DNA of 63,127 nucleotides, the filler included, from Hyphochytrium catenoides (taxonomy: Eukaryota; Protista; Hyphochytriomycota), in assembly GCA_900088475.1 (NCBI GenBank). It is 8 parts of 8 records of this genome, joined end to end, with 100 filler letters (N's around TTAATTAATTAA, not from the genome) between each part and the next. Parts side by side here need not be neighbours in the genome. Positions count along the whole stretch, not along the records: positions 22,538 to 26,261 come from FLMG01001966.1; positions 26,362 to 30,402 come from FLMG01004569.1; positions 30,503 to 37,228 come from FLMG01003959.1; positions 37,329 to 42,361 come from FLMG01004431.1; 4 more parts are not named here. The stretch is one strand, 5' to 3'. Below the pieces are notes generated by a model. The model was not told the DNA's origin. It ran no database searches and saw only the letters and a program-made list of their open reading frames with translations. This document shows positions 23,121 to 39,924 of the stretch, piece by piece (position 1 is the stretch's first letter; every line of letters starts with the position of its first letter). A program made the translations under genes and the position numbers.

Positions 23121-23686
23121 GGGCCAAGGAAAAGAAGACCGTCAGAAAAGATAGGGAGAGAAAGGTAGCTTGACAGGTGAGTTATATCATCAGCACCGCG
23201 CTTTGTCGCTCTTCCGGTCTTTGATGGTCACTCTCCTCTCTCTCAGTGACGGCCATCGACAAGGCCAGACGGTCTGTCTCTCGCTGAAGGTAAGCTCTCT
23301 CTCTCTCTCTTTCTCTCTTCCTCCACAGTGAAGCCTTCCTCCCTTACAACGGCTTGTGAGAGCCTGAGAGTTATGCGTCTCTTCTTAGCTCCATGGCCCA
23401 CCTTACTCCGCTCTTCCAGTTATCTGTCTATCCCTGCTGTCTTGCTCTGCCTCCACCCTCGCATCTCACTCTCATTCTTCTCTCTTTCTCTTTCTCTCTC
23501 TGTCTCTCCCTGCTGGCTACCTGTCACCCGCTCTCCTTATTCTTGCCTTGTCCCTCTCTCTCTCCCTCTCGCGCGCGTCTCTCTTCTCTCTCTCTCTCTG
23601 TCTTTCTCTCTTCTCTCTTTCTCTCTCTGTCTTTCTCTCTTCCCTCTTACTCTCTCTGTCTCTCTCTGTCTCTGTCGCTGTCGCTG

Positions 23687-23722
<36 letters not shown>

Positions 23723-24336
23723 CCTTGTTGAAGAAAGCTGCTGGCCGGTGCGATAAGAATCCAACTTCCTCCCTCTCTCACACTGACACCCGCATCGCTC
23801 CATATTCTGAACCTTAATAGAGCTATTATAGGAAAGAATAACTTTTAGCGCAATATATCCCGCATAGCACTCAAACGAAACGACCTACGCTCAAAATAAC
23901 CAGAGTACATCTATTTTGATAACCATATCACAACGACACAGTATGGTTATCACATCATGAGCTTTCGTTTGAGGACAAATGAAAGACTCGAGTCTATTTA
24001 GTCCCGAACCACTTTAACTGAAGAGGTCGATAGTAAACTATTATGAGCCCGAAGCCTAACCCGGGTTATTCCGCCTGCAGACAGAGCTTTTCGCATTTTT
24101 AGAGATTATTGAAGAATTTAGAAAACAAAGCAGAGCTTTTCGCATTATTTATGAAGATTATTCAGGATTTACCGGGAGATCTCTATACGCGTGTAAGCGT
24201 CTTCCACGGCTGATGGTAACATTGCCATTATCAGAGTTCAGTGCCATCTTCTTTCAGCAGACGACTTAAATAGTAGAATTGCTTGGTACAGTCAAAGACT
24301 TAGGGAGCTCAAGATAGAAGGACTCTTTCTGAAGCA

Positions 24337-26261
<1,925 letters not shown>

Positions 26262-26361
26262 NNNNNNNNNNNNNNNNNNNNNNNNNNNNNNNNNNNNNNN
26301 NNNNNTTAATTAATTAANNNNNNNNNNNNNNNNNNNNNNNNNNNNNNNNNNNNNNNNNNNN
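26262..26361. other. Artificial scaffold-joining spacer
   Basis: N44-TTAATTAATTAA-N44. It truncates the MYST gene mid-exon. Confidence 0.97.
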
Positions 26362-26726
26362 GAGAGAGAGAGAGAGAGAGTTAGAGAGAGAGAGAGAGTC
26401 CTCAGTTAGATGAATGACTGTTTCCTCTGGGATGGGAGAGGAAAAGCGAGAAAAGGAAGGAATCAAGAAATGGAGAGAGAAAGAGTGCAGGATGGTAAAA
26501 AGAGAGAGAGAGAGAGAGGCGAGACAAACAAGAGCGAGAGAAGACCAGAGTGTACTTGAACTGAGAAGAGGTGGCTCTTTTCTCAGCGAGAGAAAGAAAG
26601 AGAAGAGGGGCCAGCGGAGGAGAGAGGTAGTAAGAAAGAGAGAAGGATACTTTGAGAGCTGTCTCTCTCCCTTCTCTGCTACTTTCCCGGTTACATCTCT
26701 TTCCATTTCTTTCTCTCTATTTTCAG

Positions 26727-26785
<59 letters not shown>

Positions 26786-26799
26786 TTTCTCTCTCNNNN

Positions 26800-27390
26800 T
26801 GTCCCAGCTCTGTCATAGCAAAGCAGCCGAGGAGATCGCAGGAGCTAACAGCGCGGAGATACTTCTGGTGATGGTACGACGTCCCTTTGTGAGAAGAGAG
26901 AGAGAGAGAGGTTGGGAGAGAGAGAGAGAGAGAGAAGGAGCACAACAAACGACAGAGATTGTAAAAAGTGAGAGTTATGGGGAGATAGCGACGAGGACGG
27001 GGAGAGCGAAAGAGAGAGAGCGAGAGAGAGACGCAGAGAGAGAAAAAGGGGAGCGGGAGAGAGAGGGAGAGAGGTAAGACGGGAAAGAGAGAGAGAGAGA
27101 AAAAGAGACAGATAAAAGATAGATAGAGAAGAAGCCCAACGCATGACAGAAAATGTGGAAGTTGCGAGATAGAGGAGGTAGAAAAGAAGGAGTCTATGGG
27201 GGTCGTGGTGGAAGGGAAAGAGGGAAAAAAGAGAGGTAGAGAAAGAGTGAGAAAAGAGAGAGAGAGAAAGAGAGAGAGAGAGAAAGAAGGAAAGGGACCC
27301 TACCGAGAGACTTGATACATCCCATCACGAGGATCAGCTGCACGCCAACTCGAGCCCAGTTGGCCCCCAAGCATCCCACGCACTCAGAAC

Positions 27391-27434
<44 letters not shown>

Positions 27435-27640
27435 AGAGGGANNNNNNNNNNNNNNNNNNNNNNNNNNNNNNNNNNNNNNNNNNNNNNNNNNNNNNNNNNN
27501 NNNNNNNNNNNNNNNNNNNNNNNNNNNNNNNNNNNNNNCGATTCTCTCCGGCGGGAGATAAGTTTTCAGTCTCCTCAGCAGCGCCACAGAGAAGTCTCTC
27601 AGAGAGCGAGCAGAAGGAAGTTCCCCGTTGCTGGGCTGAG
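26800..27640 (-). CDS. Acyl-CoA oxidase (peroxisomal ACX type), internal fragment
   Basis: Exon 27389-27304 (…ARVGVQLILVMGCIKSLG) splices in phase to exon 26884-26800 (TSYHHQKYLRAVSSCDLLGCFAMTELG), the ACX GT..H...GCFAMTELGHGSN motif. A probable further exon lies at ~27636-27539. Confidence 0.85.
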
Positions 27641-27954
27641 GAAGAGAGAGAGAGAGAGAAAGATCGGAAGAGAGAGAAGAGAGAACAGAAGCACGCAGGT
27701 CTCTCTCTCCCTCTACTCTCTCCAGCCACCGAGAGAGAGACGCAGTAGTTTCTCTCTTCTCAGGAGAGACGTTATCCCACACACGACGCCCAGGAACTGT
27801 CCCAGGAAGAGAGAGAAGAGCGCGAAAGATGGTGGCGTCTCTCTCTTTCTCTCTCTCCTCATTCTGACGCTCCTTCTCCTTTGTTATCGCTGTCATTGTG
27901 CCCGCGACAGAGGAGATTGTAGAGTCCGCACAAGCAGAGGGAGCAGCAGAGAAT

Positions 27955-27994
<40 letters not shown>

Positions 27995-28283
27995 AAGAGA
28001 GAGAGAAAGAGAGAGAATCAGTAAGAAAGCTTCACAGCCGCACCAGTTGGGCTGCCCCGCCGTGCAGAGACAGATCGCACGCCTCTTTTGACTTCAAGTT
28101 GAACAGTCTTGCACTTGCTCTCTTCGCTCTGTCTTTCTCTCTTTCGCCCTCTCTCTCTCTCTCTGCCTCTCCGTCTCTCTTCCTCTCTCTCGGCCATAGA
28201 CATTACTCGTCTTTCTTTTATATCTCTATCGCTCTGTCTATCAAGCAGAAAGATATTTGCTGTCGGAAGAAAGATACTGTCGT

Positions 28284-28340
<57 letters not shown>

Positions 28341-28977
28341 AGCTTCAATCTAGGCGTTACCGGCTTAGCTTTACCGCCTTAGCTTCATATAGCTGTTAGC
28401 GGTACCATTTGTTTGTCTCTTCCTCTCCCTACTATTCTCTCTCTCTCTTTTTCTCTCTCTCTTCTCTCTGGTTCTCTCTCTCGTTTTTTTTCTCCTCTCT
28501 CTCTTTGTCCTCTCTCTTTGTCCTCTCTCTTTGTTTCCCTCTGTTCCCCTCTCTTCCCTCTTCCCTCTTCCCTCTGTTCCACTCTCTCTCTCACCTTGTC
28601 CCTTACTCCTTTGCCTTCGACATGTTGCTTCTCTTCTCCCCGATTTTCTCTTCTTTCCCATCTTCTCCTCCAGAAGACGATCGCCGTGGCATCAACAGAA
28701 GAAGAAAGAAAAGAGAGAAAGAGGAAGAGAGAGAGAGAGTAAATCGCTAAGCAGCCTCAGAAATACGTCCTTTTAAGGGAAATTAGAGGAGCTGCGCGCA
28801 AGAAGGGAAGTCAAAGGACCGAAGGAGGAAGCTCAAAGAGAGAGAGAGAGAGAGAGAGACAAAGAGAGACAGGAGAGAGAGAAGAGGGAAAGCGCACATG
28901 TTCCTTGAGGTATCTGCATGATAGGAAGGAGAGGAGACGGTCCTTCAAGAAAGTCAGAAATATCTGACCGACAACTC

Positions 28978-29043
<66 letters not shown>

Positions 29044-29045
29044 GG

Positions 29046-29361
29046 ATGATGAGTACCAAGCGTATTGTCTCTCGTTTTCTCGTTCTCTCTTCTCTTCTTC
29101 ATCAAACCTTCAGCAGCAGCCCGTCACTCCAACTCTCTCTCTCTCTTTCTCTCTCTCTTCTTCTTCTACCTCCGGCACAGACACAGGCGCAGGTATGCGA
29201 ATCTACCTCTCTCTCTCGGGAAGAGAGAGAGGGTGACAGCGCAAAAAGAGAGGGAGAACTCTGCGGCTGCGGCTGTCCTGATCCTCTCTGCTGCGTGCAG
29301 GATCGTGTCTCTTNNNNNNNNNNNNNNNNNNNNNNNNNNNNNNNNNNNNNNNNNNNNNNNN

Positions 29362-29406
<45 letters not shown>

Positions 29407-29819
29407 TTCTCTCTTTTCCTTCCCTTGCTCTTTCCATTTTTCTCTTGGCCGCACTCTTTCTTTCTATCTGTCTCTCTTACGTCACTCTTTCTCTCCCTTT
29501 TCTCTTTTTTGACCCCCCTTCCTCTCTCTCTGTCTCTCCTTTTTTGGCCCCTCACATTGACTGCATCTGCCCTTGAATTCTTTTCTGCTCTTATCACTCT
29601 CTCTTCTCTTCATTTACCGTTCTGTCCCCATTCGCTATCTGCCCACAAGTCTCTCTGTCACTGTCTGTCTCTGTTCTCTCTCTCTCTCTCTTTTTCTCTC
29701 TTCTTTCTCTCTCTCTCGTGACGGCTCTAATCATGTCTTTTTGTCCCTCTGTCTCACTGCTGTTCCTCCATCTCTCTGTCTTTCTCACCCCTTCCCCTCC
29801 CGGTTTCTCTCCATCCCTT

Positions 29820-29884
<65 letters not shown>

Positions 29885-29991
29885 GCTGAGTTCTTCCCTC
29901 GCTTCTGTAATGGCTCTGCTAAGGTAAATCAGCCCAAAGAAGAGCCACGCATCGCCCAGTACCTCGCATATCTCTCCAAATATGGGACCAG
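29046..29991 (+). CDS. Putative secreted Cys-containing protein, fragment
   Basis: Signal-like start (MMSTKRIVSRFLVLSSLL...AQTQAQ) and Cys cluster LCGCGCPDPLCC. Clean AG/GT-bounded exon 29886-29991 (EFFPRFCNGSAKVNQPKEEPRIAQYLAYLSKYG). Confidence 0.4.
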
Positions 29992-30240
29992 GTTAGTGCT
30001 CTCTCCCTGAGTCTCTCTCTCTTCCTTCTCTTTTTCTCTTCTTCTCCTTTTCTCCCTCTAATTTCTCCCTCTCTCTACCATCTCTCACTCTCTCTACCAT
30101 CTCTCTCTCTCTCTTTCTTATTACTATCTCCCCTTTTATCTCCCTTATGTCTGTCTCTTAGTTTTGTGCCTGCTCTCTTTTGTATGTGTCTTCTCTCTCT
30201 CTCTGTGTCTCTCTCTGTGTCTCTCTCTCTCTCTCCCCCG

Positions 30241-30272
<32 letters not shown>

Positions 30273-30402
30273 GTCTGTCTATATCGTGTTCCAATTCAAT
30301 CTTCTTTTCTCGCCTGCTCTTTGTTATTAGGATATAATGAAAAGATAAAGCGTCATATGACAGCACTAACTTCTCTCTCTCTCTCTCTGTCTCTCTCTCT
30401 CT

Positions 30403-30502
30403 NNNNNNNNNNNNNNNNNNNNNNNNNNNNNNNNNNNNNNNNNNNNTTAATTAATTAANNNNNNNNNNNNNNNNNNNNNNNNNNNNNNNNNNNNNNNNNN
30501 NN
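30403..30502. other. Artificial scaffold-joining spacer
   Basis: N44-TTAATTAATTAA-N44. Confidence 0.97.
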
Positions 30503-30754
30503 AGAGAGAGAGAGAGAGAGAGAGGGAGTCAGAGAGAAGAGAACATCAATAACTTTGCATGTTTTTCCTGAGAAAAGAGAGCAAAGAAAAAGAAAACGCC
30601 GTCTCCCGATGCCGGGCAGGGTAAGAAGATGGAGAAAGAGAGCAGAAGACAAGAGGGCATCAAAGAGAGAGAGAGAGAGAAGGAAGAGAGAGAGAGAGAG
30701 GTCTAGCGGCAGAACACGAACTAAATGACAGTGCCTTGCTTTTCTCTCTCTCAC

Positions 30755-30889
30755 CTTGAACTTGAGAGGAAGCCTCAGGTCCGCTGACGCCTGGTTCCTC
30801 TGTCTCATACAATAGTAAAGCGTCCACGCCAGCACCGCCACAAAGGTTAACGCCAAGACGATGGCGACCAAGAGACTGAGAGTCTGCAT
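30755..30889 (-). CDS. First exon of a protein with an N-terminal transmembrane helix (truncated)
   Basis: MQTLSLLVAIVLALTFVAVLAWTLYYCMRQRNQASADLRLPLKFK followed by a GTGAG donor. Confidence 0.5.
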
Positions 30890-30894
30890 CTTTC

Positions 30895-30925
<31 letters not shown>

Positions 30926-31280
30926 AGTCTCTCTTCAGACAAAGTGCTTTCCTCCCAAGGAATGAAGGAAAAAAGAGAAAGGGAAGAGAGAGAAGAACTT
31001 CGGATGTCTTCCGTTCTCAATGACAGAGCTCCTTAGACTAACACCTGAGGCTCAAAGATGCAGATCATCTGCAGAGGAAAGGAGAGAAAAGACAATGCTG
31101 AAAAGAAAGGAGAGAGAGACCTCAAAAAAAGAAGAATGACAGAGAAAGAGACAACAGACAGAAGGATGAAAGAAGAAAGAGACACGATCCCGCAAGCTCG
31201 ATGATTGTCCACTGCCAGTCCAAGGTCACACACACCGCTCGCTGACAAAGTTCAGCAGGCAAGACTGAAAAGAGATCACA

Positions 31281-31319
<39 letters not shown>

Positions 31320-31607
31320 CTCCAGACTAGTGTCCCATCAGCGAAGAGAGCAGATGACCCAGCCCTCGCGCTAGAAACAAGACAGAGCCAAAGAGAGAGA
31401 AGTGGGAAGGGCTGCTCCCATGACCAAAAGGCATTGTTGAGAGAAGTGAGAGCAAGAGAGAAGAGACACAGAGAGAGCGAGAGAGAGAGAGAGACCGCCA
31501 AAACAGCAGAGCTAACAACAGAGCCAGGAAAACATGCAGACAGAGAACAAGAAAAGAGAAAGAGAGAACAAGAAAAGAGAAAGAGAGAAAGAGAGAAAGA
31601 GAGAAAG

Positions 31608-31689
<82 letters not shown>

Positions 31690-33060
31690 GAGGGAGAGAA
31701 CCTCCATCAGGGTTGCAACGTAGAGCACAACACTTCAAGGAAGGACGGAAGGGGGAGGGAGGCCAGAGGAGGTGGGACGATGAGGTCGAAAGGGTCGACC
31801 CTTCCTCTCCTTCCTTGGCACTTTTTGGACCACTTTGACGCTTCTTGACAGCACGTCAGACCCACTTTATGTCAAATAAGCCTATACTTGACAGAGACTG
31901 ATCCTCTTAGGAGCTTATTTTATGCGTAATAGGGTCTACGATGTAAATTCACTTATGAACACGCCACTATAATTCACATTTTACAACGATCAAATGTCAA
32001 AGGCCTGTGAAATATCTTGTGGATGGTCCCACCAGGACCCCTTTCTCAGACGTTTCCAGTGCTCCCCCTGGCTCAGATCTGATCCCGTGAAGTTCCTGGA
32101 TCGAGAAAGACTTATCGGGAAGAAGCTCTACGGTTATCCAGAAGAAAGAGAAGGTTAAATCCCTACTGTACAAAGAGAGTGGAGATTTACAAGAAGTGGG
32201 AAGGATGGGCGTGGTGACAAAAAGGCGGGTAGGCCTTTGTTGACACAGTTTGACAAAGAATGATACGATTTCGTATTCGTAATTTGTTGAGATTTCTGTG
32301 TTTCAGCTGTTCCTCTTCATGAACGCTCCTGGGTTTGAAGCTGCATTGAGTTTGATGAGATACAAAGGAGCTTAAAAATGGTGTAAGCCAAACGAGAAGT
32401 AATAGTGTGTTTGAGAAAAAGCTTGTGTTTGGAGGATAGCTTCGTGGAGTTGGTTGATGTTTTGGATCTTTTGGCGGAGGGAGGGGAGAGGCAGAGAGTG
32501 GGGGAGAGAAAGAGAGAGAGAGAGAGAGAGNNNNNNNNNNNNNNNNNNNNNNNNNNNNNNNNNNNNNNNNNNNNNNNNNNNNNNNNNNNNNNGAGAGAGA
32601 GGGAGAGAGAGAGAGAGAAGAAGAGAAAGAGAGAGAGAGAGAGAGTGTGAGAGTGAGAGGGAGAGAGAGAAGAAGAGAAAGAGAGAGAAGAAGTGAATGA
32701 GAGACAGAGAGAGAGAAAGAGAGAAGAAGAGAGAGAGAGAGAGGATAAAGTGAGAGAGAGACACAGAGAGACACAGAGAGACAGAGAGAGACAGAAAGAG
32801 AGAGAGAGAGAAAAAGGAGAGAGAGATGGAGAGAAAGTATGATGGCTGGTTGGTACAGTAGGAAAGAAGACCAGTGAGTGAGCACAAATAGTGCAGTACA
32901 AGTAGCAGTTTCTGATCTTTGACAAGCGCAAATCTTCCGCGACTCTTTCAGCAAAAGCTCCACGGATCTTTGGCAGCCTGATAAGCAGAGCTCAACAACG
33001 TGCACAGCAGACGCACAACGAAGGCACAGAAAGTGAGAGAGACAGAGGGGGAAAGACATA

Positions 33061-33092
<32 letters not shown>

Positions 33093-33103
33093 AAGAGAGA
33101 GAA

Positions 33104-33730
33104 ATGGCGGATTCACGTAAGGACACGTCAACTCTCTGCAACTCAGAGGATGCAGTCGTCAGGCATCTGAAGCTCGACCTTGACGTTGACTTCAAGGCTA
33201 AAGTGCTCTCTGGCACTGCAGAGTGGGACTGCGAGGTAAGCCTGTCTTTGAGGGGAGAGAGAGAGAGAGAGAAAGAGAAAGAGAGAGAGAGTCTTCTTCC
33301 TACAGCTGACTCTCTTCTCGTCGTAGGTTTTGATTGATGGCACTCAGAAGATTGTCTTCGACACCCTGGCCTTGGACATCGCCAACATCAAAGTGAATGG
33401 TAAGATTTCCCTCTCTTCTTTCCATCATACCTCTTTCTCTCTCTATTTGCAGCTGAGCTTCTCTCTCCCTTTCTCTCTCTGTCTTTCTCTCTGTCTCTCT
33501 TATGGGTTCAGCTGCTAAGTTACTCTTTCTTAACCCGATCTCGTCTTTATGTTGAGATCCTTTTATCTATCAATTTTGACTTTTTCTCACGTCTCTGTTC
33601 TCTTCTCTCTCCTTCTCTCTATCGCCCTCTTTCTCTCGCTTTTTCTGTCTTCACTGTTACCCTCTTTCCCTTGTTTGTTCGCTCTCTCTCCCTCTGCTCT
33701 TCGCCCTCACTTCCTCCGCTCTTCTCTCTT

Positions 33731-33763
<33 letters not shown>

Positions 33764-33787
33764 GGTCTGCCCCTGTCTCTCCGCTCT

Positions 33788-33818
<31 letters not shown>

Positions 33819-33842
33819 CTCTCTCTCTCTCTCCTTCACTCT

Positions 33843-33895
<53 letters not shown>

Positions 33896-34160
33896 CTTTG
33901 TTACGGTCCGCAGGGGAAAACACCACGTGGAACTATGGACAAAAGAGTCCTCTTCTCGGCACACCGCTCGAAGTCTCTCTCCCTCTCTCTCTCCAAAGCA
34001 AAGGCAGCCACTTCTCTCTCAAGATTCAGTACAAGACCTCGAAGGATACATCGGCAGCGCAGTGGCTGGAGAAGGAGCAGACCGCAGAGAAGAAGTATCC
34101 TTATCTCTTCACCCAGTGCCAAGCTATACACTGCAGATCCTTGGGTAAGGCTTCTCTTTT

Positions 34161-34192
<32 letters not shown>

Positions 34193-35970
34193 CCTCTCTA
34201 ATTGTCTATCTGTCTCTATCCCTCACTGTTTTCCCACCTCTTCCACTCAGTCTCTCTCTCTCTCTCTGTCTCTCTCTTACTTCTTGTCGCATTTGTTTTT
34301 GTTTTTACTTACTCTCTCTCTCTCTCTTCTTTCTCTCTCTCTGTGCATCTCTCTCTGAGTCTTTGCGCATATATCTCCCCATCTTTTCCCTCTTTTCTCT
34401 CTTCTAGCGAAATGATGCCGTTCTTGACATGAACTTCTCCTTCGTAGTCTCTCTCGTCCAAGTTCTTCCCTTTGGCCTGTTCTTTTCTGCGGACATCTTG
34501 TGTTACTGCGAGTTCCGTTCTTTTGGGTCTTTCTCTCTCTCTCACTCTCTCATGTTCTCTCTCCCTCTCTCTTTCTCTTTCTCTTGTTCGTTCTTTCTCT
34601 CCCTCTCTTCTCTTTTCTGACCATGCATTTCATGACTTAAACTGCTCTTCTTCCCACCTCCTCTTTCTCTCTCTCTCTGTCTCTCTCTCTCTTTGTTTTT
34701 CTTCTCTCTCGCTCTGTTTTTCTTCTCTCTCTCTGTCTGTCTTCAGTACCCACGCAGGATGAACCAGGAGTAAAGTTCACTTACGAGGCGAAGCTGACCA
34801 CGCCAGACTGGGCCGTCGCCCTTATGAGCGCTGTTTCCAAAGAAAGCGCCGAGGGAGAGAGAGAGAGAAAAGGAGGAAAGAGAGTCTTCCACTTCGAACA
34901 GAAGAACCCCATCTCTTCCTATCTCATCGCTATCGTTGTGGGACACCTAGAGTCCAGAAGTGTCGGCCCTCGTAGTAGCGTAAGTGAAAGGCAGAGATAG
35001 AAAGGATTGGGAGAGGGAGAGAAAGAGAGAGAGAGAGAGGGGGAGGGAGAGAGAGAGGGAGATGAAGAGGATGAAGAAGGGAGCAGGTGCGGAAAGGGGA
35101 AGAGTGAGATAAGAAGAGAAAACATGTCTTTGAGTGCCCTCTCTGGCAAAGATAAGAAGGTCTGAGCCGAAAGAGAGAAAGGGAAGGAAGAGTAAAGAAG
35201 CGGTAGGAAAGAGAAAAAGGAGGACAGAGACAGACGCAGAGAGAAAGAGAGAGAGAGAAAAAAGGAGAGAGATAGAGAGGGAATTAGAGTTGAAGAAAGG
35301 GAAGAGAAATGCAACCTAGCTTTTCGTCCGCCTCTTTTGACTCTCTCGTCTCTGTTCTCTCCCATTAACTTACATCTCTCTCTCTCCCTTATCTCTTCAT
35401 GCCCACAGGTGTGGTGCGAGCCTAGCTTGGTTGACGCGGTTGCCTATGAGTTTGGAGAGACGGAGACTTTTCTTTCCCATGCGGAAGCTGTCTCTGGACA
35501 AGAATATGTTTGGGGCACTTACGACGTAAGACTCTCTCTCTCTCTCTCTGTTTGTCTCTTCTATTCGNNNNNNNNNNNNNNNNNNNNNNNNNNNNNNNNN
35601 NNNNNNNNNNNNNNNNNCTCTCTCTCTCTCTCATGGCAAGAACCCTGGCTCGCTCTGTCTCTCTCCTTCCGCATTGACAGCAGTGTCTCTTGTCTGTCTT
35701 CTTTACAGTAGATGAGCGAAAGGCTGACTCTTTTTTCTCACTTTCTCCTGTCCTCTTTACCCTCTAGATCGTCTGCCTTCCACCCTCTTTCCCATGTAAG
35801 TGACTGCCCCTCTTTCTCCCCTCTTAATGTAGATTCGTTCTCTTCTCCCGTTCTCCTCTCTCTCTCTCTCTCTACATATAGCTTTCTCTCCTTAATCTCT
35901 TTCTCTGTTTTCCTGTCTTTCCACTACCTCTTTTTTTCTCTCTCTCTTTATCTCGATCCTTATCTCTCTA

Positions 35971-36007
<37 letters not shown>

Positions 36008-36675
36008 GCCCTGCTCTCCTTCTCTCTTCTCTCTTTCTTTCTCCTTATCGCTCTGGCTGTAAACGAACATCCGACCCATGTTTTCATCTCGATCTCTTTC
36101 TTTCCTTCTGCTCTCGATTCTCTCTCTTATTGTCTCTCTTTCTCCCTTTCTCTCTCCTTGGCCTGGCCGATAATCGTTCTTCTCTTGTCACGTCGCTATT
36201 TCGGTCTGCAATACTCTATGAATCCAGTCGGTGGAATGGAGAATGTAAGTTCCTCTTGTTCGGGGTAGAGATGGGAGGGAGGAGGAAAGAAGGGAAGAGC
36301 GAGGGTGGGATGGAGGAGAGAGAGAGAGAGAGAGGGTGGAAGAAGAGCGTAATTGTCCTACCTCTAATTTCCTTCTCTGTTCAAGTGTCTCGTCTGTGCC
36401 TGTCCTGGTCTTCTTTCCCACTGGATTTACATTCCGAGGTGCTCCGTGACAGGGAGAAATTAACTCTCTTCCCCCTCACTTTCTCTCTCTTTCTTGCTCT
36501 TTCTTTCCTTCTTTCTTTCTCTTCTTTCTCAGCCTTGCCTGACCTTCGTGACCCCGACACTGATCGCTGGTGATCGGTCTTTGGCGGACGTGGTGGCTCA
36601 TGAAATTGCCCATAGTTGGACTGGAAACCTCATCACCAACCAGACTTGGGACCATTTCTGGTGCTATACACCTCT

Positions 36676-36726
<51 letters not shown>

Positions 36727-36973
36727 TCTCTTTCCCTCATTTCTTTCCTTTCTCAATCTCTGGTTCCCCACAGACTTCGTTCTGCCTGATTGCTCCCTAG
36801 CTTTCTCCTCCTTCAGAGTCTCTCTCCTCCCTGCGTTAGTCCCCTTCTGTCTAACTTATTGTTTGGTGGCTTTGGTCTCTCTCTTTTTCTGTTTCGTGTC
36901 ATATTTCTTTCTCCTCATGTCAATCTAAGGCTCAATGAGGGTTGGACCATGTGGCTGCAGAGGAAAATCATGG
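33104..36973 (+). CDS. LTA4H: M1 zinc aminopeptidase, leukotriene A4 hydrolase-like, 3' truncated
   Basis: Nine in-frame exons: 33104-33235, 33327-33399, 33914-34144, 34747-34979, 35409-35525, 35768-35795, 36228-36244, 36533-36660, 36930-36973. Motifs: [13 protein letters not shown]...[51 protein letters not shown]-x18-E (WLNEG). Confidence 0.96.
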
Positions 36974-37228
36974 GTAAGAGGAGAGATAGCCTTTCTGTTG
37001 GCTGAGAGTGCCATTCTTTGCCTCTCTGACAGGCTCTGTGGCCACTATCATCCTTTCTCTCTCCATTTCTGCTTATGTATTTCGCCTCTCTTTCTCTCTC
37101 TCTCTCTCTCTTGTACTTGCTCTCTTATACACTCTCTCTCCCATAACGTAGCTTACCGTCTCTCTTTTTATACGCTTCATCTCCGCCTGTCCCTGGGCTT
37201 GTCTCTCTTTCTTTCTCTCTCTCTCTCT

Positions 37229-37328
37229 NNNNNNNNNNNNNNNNNNNNNNNNNNNNNNNNNNNNNNNNNNNNTTAATTAATTAANNNNNNNNNNNNNNNN
37301 NNNNNNNNNNNNNNNNNNNNNNNNNNNN
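37229..37328. other. Artificial scaffold-joining spacer
   Basis: N44-TTAATTAATTAA-N44. It truncates the aminopeptidase gene. Confidence 0.97.
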
Positions 37329-37338
37329 TTTCTTTCTC

Positions 37339-37371
<33 letters not shown>

Positions 37372-37406
37372 TCGCTAGTTGTGCATTGCATTTTCCATGC
37401 TCGATC

Positions 37407-39438
<2,032 letters not shown>

Positions 39439-39924
39439 AGAGAAGAGAGAGAGAGGAGAAGGGAGAGGCATGGAAGACAGAGAGAACAGAAGAGACACTG
39501 GACTCCCTCAAGCACTTTCCAGACGTGAGACAGATGTAAGACCGCCCGACCGACTTTGCAGACAGAGCATCTCAGAGCGTCCTCTCAGCATAGACTGAGT
39601 CAGACCTTTCCATAACGAGGAAGGCAAGCAGGGTCGGCTCGCTTTGTCAATGACATTGACCACAAAGAGAGACAGAGAGAGAGAGAATGAAAGAAAAGAG
39701 AAGAAGAGAACAGCCTGGCGGCGCGTGAGATCTTTTTAAACAGCATTCTTTGTTGATAAAATGTTACAGCGAGTCTAGCGAAAAGAGGATAAATATGGCA
39801 GGCTACAGCGCTAATCTGCATAGATAATGTGACATCTAGAAGACACAGCAGCGGAAACGTTCAAATTATACAGCGCAAACAAGAGAGAGAGAGAGAGAGA
39901 CGCATCTTCCTTGGTCATCCCTTT

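Noticed and set aside
26796-26799. Acyl-CoA oxidase disrupted inside the TELGHGSN motif
   Set aside because: The break is a 4-N gap abutting a microsatellite, so it is a scaffolding artefact rather than evidence of pseudogenisation.
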